Notes under the pieces: generated by a model | What the model saw: the letters and a program-made list of their open reading frames with translations, nothing else | Database searches by the model: none | Told to the model about the DNA's origin: nothing | In this document: positions 41,240 to 51,800 of the stretch, piece by piece | Numbering within the stretch: the stretch's first letter is position 1 | Layout: the number at the start of each line of letters is the position of its first letter | Made by a program: the position numbers and the translations under genes | Assembly: GCA_964057225.1 (NCBI GenBank) | Contig: OZ059897.1 | Span: 20,522,001-20,586,000, forward strand | Reading direction: 5' to 3' | Origin: Auanema rhodensis | Taxonomy: Eukaryota; Animalia; Nematoda | DNA: 64,000 nucleotides

Positions 41240-43491
41240 TCACGTAAAAATATTCTATTTTTCCGTTTTCTTTTTCCAAGTCGTCTGTTAGATGTCTGAT
41301 TTTTTTCCAATCTGTTTCTAACATAGACTCTTTTTGTGGGACTTTTAAAAATCCAGCATAAAACTACTTGGGAATCAGAAAATATTTTGATATTTTGTAT
41401 GTTTATATTCATTTCTTTTATATTTTCTTTCATCATTTTAACACCTAAAAGAACTGCAGACAATTCTTTCATTGGAATTGATCCTTCAATCATTGTGGAA
41501 GATTTTACGCAAAGAAGTTCAATTTCTTCAATAATTCCGTTTTTGACATATGCTAAATAGCCTGTTGCAGCAATTACGTCTCTAGATGCGTCTGTGAACA
41601 ATAAATATTCCACATATTCATTACTTCTTAATATGGATCTATCTATTTCAATTTTTTGATTCTCGATTTTACTGTATATTTCTCTCCATTCTTCTATCAA
41701 ATTTTCTGACAGTTCATCATCCCATTTTATTTGACTTTCCCACAGTTTTTTGAGAAAAAGTCGTGATTTCAATGTTATAGGATGAGTTATACCTATTGGA
41801 TCAAAAATCGCGTTTATGAAACTCAGAATATTTCTTTTCGTTGTCTGTTTTTCTTTCCATTCTGGAATTTTCACTTCCAATTTATCTGTTACTGTATTGT
41901 AATTCATTCCTAATATTTTAAAACTTGTTTCTTTTATTTTATCCTTTTCTGGGATTTTACTATTTTCTGATCCACAGTTTGTATAAAATTCTCTTATGTT
42001 CATTCCGATTTTTGAGAATAAATTTTTTACTTCTGCGTATAACTGCATTATTTGATTTTTGTTTTCAACTTTTAACATTACATTATCCACATAAATATTA
42101 CTCAGTATTTCTTCACATATTTTTGATTTTTCTTGTTTTAAAAAATATTTTATACTTGCTCCTAATAAAAATGGAGAACTGTTCACCCCAAATGGGATTC
42201 TTGTGAATCTTAGATTTAGCACATTACTTTTTTGTACACCTTTTTTGATGTTTTTAATCCATAAAATTCTTGTCAAATCTCTATGACTTTCGTCTAGTTC
42301 AATTTGATGAAATGCCTTTTCAATATCTCCCATCAAAAAATTTTTACTGAGTCTGAGTCTTATCAACATGCCTGTTAAGTTAGGGATTATTGCTTCACCT
42401 TGAAATAATATATCATTTAATGATTTCTCATTTTTAACTTTGCTTGAAGCATTTAGTACTATTCGTAATTTTGTTGTTGTGCTTGTCGGTTTTAAAACAT
42501 AATGATGAGGAATATAATATGTGAAAAATGGATGGTTACGTTCTGGACAATATTCTAAAATGCCACTTTCTAGTTGTTCCATAATTGTGTTGTCGTATTT
42601 TTCTAACATATCGTGATCTTTTTCCAAAGTTTTAAGAATACCTTTTAAGCACCCTATACTTTTACCATAATTATCGTTAATTGACTGAATATTTGGTTTT
42701 ATGGGAAATTTTACATTAATTCTTCCATTTTTCATTTTTACATTTTCGTGAAATTGTTTCCAAGCTAAATCATCTTCGTATTTTCTCATTTCATCTTTAT
42801 TCAGTTTTTTATTCTCATCTTTCAATTTATTTCCTATTAGGAAACATTTCAGATCTGAACCACATTCGGTTTCATCGTTTTCACTATCTGATATTTCATC
42901 AAACGTTTTATGTTTTGATATGATAGGGTTCAATTTAGTTGGAATTACTACTAATCCGTTTTTCAAATCAATGCTTTCAAATGTTTTAGGAACTAATTTC
43001 CAAAATTGATCCATTCCTATTAATATATCTGGTTCAATATTGCCCTTTTCGAAAATTAATTTCATGTTTTTCTTGCTATATTGCTCAATTTTTCTCATTT
43101 CCGTCTTATTTATTGAAGGCATATTCACAAAATCTGTTATTTTCCCAATAGCTAATAGATTTATGTTTTCTTTTATCTCAGGTATACCCCAAATTACTTC
43201 TTTTGATTTAAGTATTTCTTCTTTATCACCAATAGTACCTATTGGCAACATTTTATTGCTTAATATTGGTAAATTCAACTTTTCTGCTGTTTGTTTTTTG
43301 ATAAATGACTTATTTGAGCAAGAGTCATACAAAATTACTAAATTAGAGCTTTTTGTTTTGTAAAAAGATATAAAAAATGTATTTGGTTCATTAAAAATTT
43401 CAATTTCGTTATTAAAATGATTATCATCTTTTTCTCTTATTACCCTTTCTCTGTTATTCTTGATTCCAATCGAAAATTTTGTCCAATTGGC
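41140..43491 (-). CDS. pol: Pol: aspartic protease, reverse transcriptase and RNase H (Pao 'peptidase A17' region); frameshifted near 41300
   Basis: The frame is open from 43491 (the ORF track starts it at TTG 43332). Motifs: LYDSCSNKSFI...PDILIGMD (PR); DIEKAFHQI, RIPFGVNSSPFLL, YVDN (RT); FTDAS, IPMKEL, FSDSQVVLCWI (RNase H). The last ~50 aa of the listed ORF are out-of-frame read-through. Confidence 0.92.
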   Translation of the reverse strand, partial: ANWTKFSIGIKNNRERVIREKDDNHFNNEIEIFNEPNTFFISFYKTKSSNLVILYDSCSNKSFIKKQTAEKLNLPILSNKMLPIGTIGDKEEILKSKEVIWGIPEIKENINLLAIGKITDFVNMPSINKTEMRKIEQYSKKNMKLIFEKGNIEPDILIGMDQFWKLVPKTFESIDLKNGLVVIPTKLNPIISKHKTFDEISDSENDETECGSDLKCFLIGNKLKDENKKLNKDEMRKYEDDLAWKQFHENVKMKNGRINVKFPIKPNIQSINDNYGKSIGCLKGILKTLEKDHDMLEKYDNTIMEQLESGILEYCPERNHPFFTYYIPHHYVLKPTSTTTKLRIVLNASSKVKNEKSLNDILFQGEAIIPNLTGMLIRLRLSKNFLMGDIEKAFHQIELDESHRDLTRILWIKNIKKGVQKSNVLNLRFTRIPFGVNSSPFLLGASIKYFLKQEKSKICEEILSNIYVDNVMLKVENKNQIMQLYAEVKNLFSKIGMNIREFYTNCGSENSKIPEKDKIKETSFKILGMNYNTVTDKLEVKIPEWKEKQTTKRNILSFINAIFDPIGITHPITLKSRLFLKKLWESQIKWDDELSENLIEEWREIYSKIENQKIEIDRSILRSNEYVEYLLFTDASRDVIAATGYLAYVKNGIIEEIELLCVKSSTMIEGSIPMKELSAVLLGVKMMKENIKEMNINIQNIKIFSDSQVVLCWIFKSPTKRVYVRNRLEKNQTSNRRLGKRKRKNRIFLREYQVKLYQIMVLNSVRPRKFFKTFSKIRKYNGK

Positions 43492-45377
43492 TCATTATTA
43501 CCTCCTGTTAAATTGGGTTTCCATTTATATTCATTTCTTGCTTTATTTCTTCCGTTTACTGTATTTTGAGGAGCACCGACCTCATTAGCATATTGAGATT
43601 GCATGTGATTGTTGCTTGTAGGGTGATTAGCATATTGAGAATTTATGCTAATTACGTCCTTGGCGTTATTTTTATAATGATTTTTCATGCAAATTTTTGA
43701 ATTATGGTGTTCCATACAATTTTGACATCTTTCAAGATTACATTGAAAAGAATTATGATTTTTACTGTAACAAATCCAGCAAAGACTATTTTGCTTGATG
43801 ATGTTCCTTTTCTCTCTGATATCCATGATAATTTTACAATTTAAACTGCTATGATTATTTCTATTACAGAATACACAGTTTTTGTTATCTAATGAAGCAT
43901 TATTTTTACTTGTTATTGCTTGAAATTTGTTTGCATACTGTGTTTGATGTCTATTTCTATCATTATTCTCATTATTATATTTCGAATTTTGAAAACCATT
44001 AGAAAATCTATCGTTTTTTCTTCTTGTTTCATGATCATTCTGATAGTTATAAGGTCTTCTATTATAATCTTGATAGTTTCTGTTATTCATCAAAAAGTTC
44101 AACGTGCTGTTGTAGTTTTCTCTTTTATTTTGTATCATTTTTTCGCATTTAATTGAGTTACCGATTATTTCTATTATTTCATCAATGTTCAATTCTATGC
44201 CATCATTACTTTCTATATTGAAGATTTCTCTTTGTATATGTTCTGGGAATTTTTCTATTATAGTTTCAATTATTTCTTCATTGTCAATGTCTCTATGTTC
44301 CCTTAATCCCGTTATAATGGATTGAATTTCATTATAAATTTCTTGCATATTTACTGCATTTTTATATGCTTTTGGCAAATCTCTTAGTCTTTGTTTTAAT
44401 ACTTTCTTTCGTTCTTGAGGTTTATCATATGTTTTCTTAAGTAGAAACAATGCTTTTTTATAATTTTCTGCTGTTAAAGTAATTGATTTCAATAAATGTT
44501 CAGCATTACCACTCAAACTCGATTTTAAATGATAAAATTTTTCGGTTTCTGACATATTACGGTTACTATCAATGAGTAATTCAAAAATACTCATAAATTC
44601 TGGGTATTCCGTGATATTTCCATCAAACGTGGTTAATTTTATTTTTGGTCTTGGGATATATAGATTATTTTCATGTCTGTCTGATGTTTCGTGATTTGAT
44701 TTATTGATTCTCTTTTTTAAAGATTTATCATTTATATATGTAATTTCTCTATCGCTTTCTGAGTCAAATTTTTCCTCTAAAACGTTTAATCTTTCCAGTA
44801 CTTTTTCAAGTTTATAATTTATGTTATTTCGTTTTTGATTACTTTTTGAACTTTCTGCATTACGTCTTAGCTTTTTAGTGTAACCACTTAATTCTTCTGT
44901 TTCAGAACTTGAAGATACTGTTGACGATGTTTCTATTTGTTTATTCTGCTCAAATTTGAACAGAGTTTTGGTTTTCAAATCAGTACATTCAGGTAAAGTT
45001 TCTAGTAATTGTTTATATATCATATTAAACTTGATTTTCAATTTTCTATCATTTTGGTTTTCATCATTTATTATTTTTTTCAAATCGTTTAACTCTTCTC
45101 TAATTTCGTTATTTTCCTCCACTAGATGAGAATTTTCAATTATTTCTTTGACTATGTCATAGTCTTCATCAGCTTTCATAATTAAAATATGCTCACATAC
45201 ATTTCTTAGATTTTCAATGTATCCACTTATTACATCCATATCGTTTGTATTTAAGTGTGTTCCGTTATCAACTTTTTCTATGACTTTCAACATAACTTCT
45301 CTTTTACGAGCATTACCATTTATTCTGCTTTGGCATCCTTGTTTACTTAATCTGATTGTTTCTGATTTTGAACTCAT
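43440..45377 (-). CDS. gag: Gag polyprotein, 645 aa (coiled-coil N-terminus, DUF1759-like capsid region, three zinc knuckles)
   Basis: PKIKLTTFDGNITEYPEF...EKFYHLKSSLSGNA. Knuckles CVFCNRNNHSSLNC, CWICYSKNHNSFQC and CQNCMEHHNSKIC are typical of BEL/Pao Gag. Confidence 0.93.
   Translation of the reverse strand: MSSKSETIRLSKQGCQSRINGNARKREVMLKVIEKVDNGTHLNTNDMDVISGYIENLRNVCEHILIMKADEDYDIVKEIIENSHLVEENNEIREELNDLKKIINDENQNDRKLKIKFNMIYKQLLETLPECTDLKTKTLFKFEQNKQIETSSTVSSSSETEELSGYTKKLRRNAESSKSNQKRNNINYKLEKVLERLNVLEEKFDSESDREITYINDKSLKKRINKSNHETSDRHENNLYIPRPKIKLTTFDGNITEYPEFMSIFELLIDSNRNMSETEKFYHLKSSLSGNAEHLLKSITLTAENYKKALFLLKKTYDKPQERKKVLKQRLRDLPKAYKNAVNMQEIYNEIQSIITGLREHRDIDNEEIIETIIEKFPEHIQREIFNIESNDGIELNIDEIIEIIGNSIKCEKMIQNKRENYNSTLNFLMNNRNYQDYNRRPYNYQNDHETRRKNDRFSNGFQNSKYNNENNDRNRHQTQYANKFQAITSKNNASLDNKNCVFCNRNNHSSLNCKIIMDIREKRNIIKQNSLCWICYSKNHNSFQCNLERCQNCMEHHNSKICMKNHYKNNAKDVISINSQYANHPTSNNHMQSQYANEVGAPQNTVNGRNKARNEYKWKPNLTGGNNEPIGQNFRLESRITEKG
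43473..43479 (-). promoter_or_regulatory. Putative -1 ribosomal frameshift slippery site A AAU UUU
   Basis: X XXY YYZ heptamer in gag phase (CAA AAT TTT) inside the ~50-nt gag/pol overlap. Pol is in the -1 frame. Confidence 0.7.
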
Positions 45378-45417
45378 TTTTGAGTTATATGATTATCAAT
45401 AATATTAATTAATTCGG

Positions 45418-45453
45418 TTTTTTTTTTTTTTTTTTTTTTTTTTATTTTTTTTT
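45418..45453 (-). repeat. Poly(A) tract (A9-T-A26) in the element's 5' leader
   Basis: Plus strand T26-A-T9, between the PBS and the gag ATG. Confidence 0.9.
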
Positions 45454-45520
45454 ATATAAGCAATGAAATAAATATATATATATTCACTTATTTACTTATT
45501 TATTTGTTTTACTTAGTTTT

Positions 45521-45532
45521 GCCGATGCACCA
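45521..45532 (-). promoter_or_regulatory. Primer binding site complementary to the tRNA-Gly(GCC) 3' end
   Basis: Minus strand reads TGGTGCATCGGC, 6 nt after the 5' LTR. The plus strand GCCGATGCACCA matches the 3' end of invertebrate tRNA-Gly(GCC) as I recall it. Confidence 0.85.
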
Positions 45533-45538
45533 AATTTA

Positions 45539-45827
45539 TACTCCGAAAAGATACAGAATATAAAAATAATGATTTATTCAATTTATAATGATAAAACAGT
45601 TAATAATAAATGCGACTACGCGCTATGAGTCAACAATGTGAACTGATTTAAAAGTGAAACATTTGGCGTACGTCAGTTCACGTAAATATGACGTAAACTG
45701 TATACGACCGCTCACAACAGAAATATATTTTAAAATGAATTTACTTATTTTCTATTTAAAACCAATTTTCTTATGTTTTACTTAATTTAATGATTCATTA
45801 CTTATTCTTTCGTATATATACGAAACA
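45539..45827 (-). repeat. 5' LTR (289 bp)
   Basis: Direct repeat of 39939-40227. The minus strand begins TGTTTCG and is followed by the PBS. Confidence 0.95.
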
Positions 45828-45832
45828 CCATG
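45828..45832. other. Target site duplication, right copy (CCATG)
   Basis: Follows the LTR end ...cgaaaca directly and duplicates 39934-39938. Confidence 0.85.
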
Positions 45833-48800
45833 TACACTCAACATTGCTTCCAAAAACATTTTGACAAAAATTTTTTCGAAAAATTTCAAAATAATTTAGC
45901 AAAAAGTAGATGTTTTTAGATTCCTTTTTTTAAGGCGAAGACGATGGACGATGTTATTCAACGAAAAAATTAATTCTTCAGGGTGAAAATCGAGGATATA
46001 AGTGTGAACTTATATCAGTTGATATCTCGGTGCATTTTTAAGCTAGCGCAAATCTGATAACACAGATCGACGCAGCTTAAAAATCCGCATCGAATGCACT
46101 ATACTACATGGAAGAACGCTTAATACAAAAATTAGTTATGATCGTTTGAAAAATGATGCATTAGTGTATGTTGAGTTTCCATGTACACTCAACATTGCTT
46201 CCAAAAAGATTTTGACAAAAATTTTTTCGAAAAATTTCAAAATAATTTAGCGAAAAGTAGATGTTTTTAGATTCCTTTTTTCAAGGCAAAGACGATGGAC
46301 AATGTTATTCAACGAAAAAATTATTTCTTCAGGGTGAAAATCGAGGATATAAGTGTGAACTTATATCAGTTGATATCTCGGTGCATTTTTAAGCTAGCGC
46401 AAATCTGATAACACAGATCGACGCAGCTTAAAAATCCGCATCGAATGCACTATACTACATTAAGAAACGCTTAATACAAAAATTAGTTATGATCGTTTGA
46501 AAAATGATGCATTAGTGTATGTTGAGTTTCCATGTACACTCAACATTGCTTCCAAAAACATTTTGACAAAAATTTTTTCGAAAAATTTCAAAATAATTTA
46601 GCAAAAAGTAGATGTTTTTAGATTCCTTTTTTCAAGGCAAAGACGATGGACAATGTTATTTAACGAAAAAATTAATTCTTCAGGGTGAAAATCGAGGATA
46701 AAAGTGTAAACTTATATCAGTTGATATCTCGGTACATTTTTAAGCTAGCGCAAATCTGATAACACAGATCGACGCAGCTTAAAAATCCGCATCGAATGCA
46801 CTATACTACATGGAAGAACGCTTAATACAAAAATTAGTTATGATCGTTTGAAAAATGATGCATTAGTGTATGTTGAGTTTCCATGTACACTCAACATTGC
46901 TTCCAAAAACATTTTGACAAAAATTTTTTCGAAAAATTTCAAAATAATTTAGCAAAAAGTAGATGTTTTTAGATTTCTTTTTTCAAGGCAAAGACGATGG
47001 ACAATGTTATTCAACGAAAAAATTAATTCTTCAGGGTGAAAATCGAGGATATAAGTGTGAACTTATATCAGTTGATATCTCGGTGCATTTTTAAGCTAGC
47101 GCAAATCTGATAACACAGATCGACGCAGCTTAAAAATCCGCATCGAATGCACTATACTACATGGAAGAACGCTTAATACAAAAATTAGTTATGATCGTTT
47201 GAAAAATGATGCATTAGTGTATGTTGAGTTTCCATGTACACTCAACATTGCTTCCAAAAACATTTTGACAAAAATTTTTTCGAAAAATTTCAAAATAATT
47301 TAGCAAAAAGTAGATGTTTTTAGATTCCTTTTTTCAAGGCAAAGACGATGGACAATGTTATTTAACGAAAAAATTATTTCTTCAGGGTGAAAATCGAGGA
47401 TATAAGTGTAAACTTATATCAGTTGATATCTCGGTGCATTTTTAAGCTAGCGCAAATCTGATAACACAGATCGACGCAGCTTAAAAATCCGCATCGAATG
47501 CACTATACTACATTAAGAAACGCTTAATACAAAAATTAGTTATGATCGTTTGAAAAATGATGCATTAGTGTATGTTGAGTTTCCATGTACACTCAACATT
47601 GCTTCCAAAAACATTTTGACAAAAATTTTTTCGAAAAATTTCAAAATAATTTAGCAAAAAGTAGATGTTTTTAGATTCCTTTTTTCAAGGCAAAGACGAT
47701 GGACAATGTTATTTAACGAAAAAATTAATTCTTCAGGGTGAAAATCGAGGATAAAAGTGTAAACTTATATCAGTTGATATCTCGGTACATTTTTAAGCTA
47801 GCGCAAATCTGATAACACAGATCGACGCAGCTTAAAAATCCGCATCGAATGCACTATACTACATTAAGAAACGCTTAATACAAAAATTAGTTATGATCGT
47901 TTGAAAAATGATGCATTAGTGTATGTTGAGTTTCCATGTACACTCAACATTGCTTCCAAAAACATTTTGACAAAAATTTTTTCGAAAAATTTCAAAATAA
48001 TTTAGCAAAAAGTAGATGTTTTTAGATTCCTTTTTTCAAGGCAAAGACGATGGACAATGTTATTCAACGAAAAAATTAATTCTTCAGGGTGAAAATCGAG
48101 GATATAAGTGTGAACTTATATCAGTTGATATCTCGGTACATTTTTAAGCTAGCGCAAATCTGATAACACAGATCGACGCAGCTTAAAAATCCGCATCGAA
48201 TGCACTATACTACATGGAAGAACGCTTAATACAGAAATTAGTTATGATCGTTTGAAAAATGATGCATTAGTGTATGTTGAGTTTCCATGTACACTCAACA
48301 TTGCTTCCAAAAACATTTTGACAAAAATTTTTTCGAAAAATTTCAGAATAATTTAGCAAAAAGTAGATGTTTTTAGATTCCTTTTTTCAAGGCAAAGACG
48401 ATGAACAATGTTATTCAACGAAAAAATTAATTCTTCAGGGTGAAAATCGAGGATATAAGTGTAAACTTATATCAGTTGATATCTCGGTGCATTTTTAAGC
48501 TAGCGCAAATCTGATAACACAGATCGACGCAGCTTAAAAATCCGCATCGAATGCACTATACTACATTAAGAAACGCTTAATACAAAAATTAGTTATGATC
48601 GTTTGAAAAATGATGCATTAGTGTATGTTGAGTTTCCATGTACACTCAACATTGCTTCCAAAAACATTTTGACAAAAATTTTTTCGAAAAATTTCAAAAT
48701 AATTTAGCAAAAAGTAGATGTTTTTAGATTCCTTTTTTCAAGGCAAAGACGATGGACAATGTTATTTGACGAAAAAATTAATTCTTCAGGGTGAAAATCG

Positions 48801-51800
48801 AGGATAAATGTGTGAACTTATATCAGTTGATATCTCGGTGCATTTTTAAGCTAGCGCAAATCTGATAACACAGATCGACGCAGCTTAAAAATCCGCATCG
48901 AATGCACTATACTACATGGAAGAACGCTTAATACAAAAATTAGTTATGATCGTTTGAAAAATGATGCATTAGTGTATGTTGAGTTTCCATGTACACTCAA
49001 CATTGCTTCCAAAAACATTTTGACAAAAATTTTTTCGAAAAATTTCAAAATAATTTAGCAAAAAGTAGATGTTTTTAGATTCCTTTTTTCAAGGCAAAGA
49101 CAATGGACCATGTTATTCAACGAAAAAATTAATTCTTCAGGGTGAAAATCGAGGATATAAGTGTAAACTTATATCAGTTGATATCTCGGTGCATTTTTAA
49201 GCTAGCGCAAATCTGATAACACAGATCGACGCAGCTTAAAAATCCGCATCGAATGCACTATACTACATTAAGAAACGCTTAATACAAAAATTAGTTATGA
49301 TCGTTTGAAAAATGATGCATTAGTGTATGTTGAGTTTCCATGTACACTCAACATTGCTTCCAAAAACATTTTGACAAAAATTTTTTCGAAAAATTTCAAA
49401 ATAATTTAGCAAAAAGTAGATGTTTTTAGATTCCTTTTTTCAAGGCAAAGACGATGGACAATGTTATTCAACGAAAAAATTAATTCTTCAGGGTGAAAAT
49501 CGAGGATATAAGTGTGAACTTATATCAGTTGATATCTCGGTACATTTTTAAGCTAGCGCAAATCTGATAACACAGATCGACGCAGCTTAAAAATCCGCAT
49601 CGAATGCACTATACTACATGGAAGAACGCTTAATACAGAAATTAGTTATGATCGTTTGAAAAATGATGCATTAGTGTATGTTGAGTTTCCATGTACACTC
49701 AACATTGCTTCCAAAAACATTTTGACAAAAATTTTTTCGAAAAATTTCAGAATAATTTAGCAAAAAGTAGATGTTTTTAGATTCCTTTTTTCAAGGCAAA
49801 GACGATGAACAATGTTATTCAACGAAAAAATTAATTCTTCAGGGTGAAAATCGAGGATATAAGTGTAAACTTATATCAGTTGATATCTCGGTGCATTTTT
49901 AAGCTAGCGCAAATCTGATAACACAGATCGACGCAGCTTAAAAATCCGCATCGAATGCACTATACTACATTAAGAAACGCTTAATACAAAAATTAGTTAT
50001 GATCGTTTGAAAAATGATGCATTAGTGTATGTTGAGTTTCCATGTACACTCAACATTGCTTCCAAAAACATTTTGACAAAAATTTTTTCGAAAAATTTCA
50101 AAATAATTTAGCAAAAAGTAGATGTTTTTAGATTCCTTTTTTCAAGGCAAAGACGATGGACAATGTTATTTGACGAAAAAATTAATTCTTCAGGGTGAAA
50201 ATCGAGGATAAATGTGTGAACTTATATCAGTTGATATCTCGGTGCATTTTTAAGCTAGCGCAAATCTGATAACACAGATCGACGCAGCTTAAAAATCCGC
50301 ATCGAATGCACTATACTACATGGAAGAACGCTTAATACAAAAATTAGTTATGATCGTTTGAAAAATGATGCATTAGTGTATGTTGAGTTTCCATGTACAC
50401 TCAACATTGCTTCCAAAAACATTTTGACAAAAATTTTTTCGAAAAATTTCAAAATAATTTAGCAAAAAGTAGATGTTTTTAGATTCCTTTTTCGAGGCAA
50501 AGACAATGGACCATGTTATTCAACGAAAAAATTAATTCTTCAGGGTGAAAATCGAGGATATAAGTGTAAACTTATATCAGTTGATATCTCGGTGCATTTT
50601 TAAGCTAGCGCAAATCTGATAACACAGATCGACGCAGCTTAAAAATCCGCATCGAATGCACTATACTACATTGAGAAACGCTTAATACAAAAATTAGTTA
50701 TGATTGTTTGAAAAATGATGCATTAGTGTATGTTGAGTTTCCATGTACACTCAACATTGCTTCCAAAAACATTTTGACAAAAATTTTTTCGAAAAATTTC
50801 AAAATAATTTAGCAAAAAGTAGATGTTTTTAGATTCCTTTTTTCAAGGCAAAGACGATGGACAATGTTATTTGACGAAAAAATTAATTCTTCAGGGTGAA
50901 AATCGAGGATAAATGTGTGAACTTATATCAGTTGATATCTCGGTGCATTTTTAAGCTAGCGCAAATCTGATAACACAGATCGACGCAGCTTAAAAATCCG
51001 CATCGAATGCACTATACTACATTGAGAAACGCTTAATACAAAAATTAGTTATGATCGTTTGAAAAATGATGCATTAGTGTATGTTGAGTTTCCATGTACA
51101 CTCAACATTGCTTCCAAAAACATTTTGACAAAAATTTTTTCGAAAAATTTCAAAATAATTTAGCAAAAAGTAGATGTTTTTAGATTCCTTTTTTCAAGGC
51201 AAAGACAATGGACCATGTTATTCAACGAAAAAATTAATTCTTCAGGGTGAAAATCGAGGATATAAGTGTGAACTTATATCAGTTGATATCTCGGTGCATT
51301 TTTAAGCTAGCGCAAATCTGATAACACAGATCGACGCAGCTTAAAAATCCGCATCGAATGCACTATACTACATTAAGAAACGCTTAATACAAAAATTAGT
51401 TATGATCGTTTGAAAAATGATGCATTAGTGTATGTTGAGTTTCCATGTACACTCAACATTGCTTCCAAAAACATTTTGACAAAAATTTTTTCGAAAAATT
51501 TCAAAATAATTTAGCAAAAAGTAGATGTTTTTAGATTCCTTTTTTCAAGGCAAAGACGATGGACAATGTTATTTAACGAAAAAATTAATTCTTCAGGGTG
51601 AAAATCGAGGATAAAAGTGTAAACTTATATCAGTTGATATCTCGGTACATTTTTAAGCTAGCGCAAATCTGATAACACAGATCGACGCAGCTTAAAAATC
51701 CGCATCGAATGCACTATACTACATTGAGAAACGCTTAATACAAAAATTAGTTATGATTGTTTGAAAAATGATGCATTAGTGTATGTTGAGTTTCCATGTA

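Larger units (their letters stand above)
39939..45827 (-). mobile_element. BEL/Pao (Belpaoviridae) LTR retrotransposon, 5889 bp, internally deleted
   Basis: Two direct 289-bp LTRs, TSD, PBS and PPT. Domain order is gag(3xCCHC)-PR-RT-RNaseH-IN, with BEL-type motifs (PHHYVLK..TTKLRIV, FDPIG, WDDEL, PWKGGFYERLIG, WPLAVI). Confidence 0.97.

Noticed and set aside
43318-43326. Protease DSC instead of DSG as an inactivating mutation
   Set aside because: The catalytic Asp is intact, and as I recall the third residue varies among BEL proteases. It cannot be called defective without sister copies.
41336-45402. Short plus-strand ORFs inside the element (74, 93, 107, 78 and 61 aa)
   Set aside because: Antisense shadows of A-rich gag/pol codons, rich in F/L/I, with no motifs.
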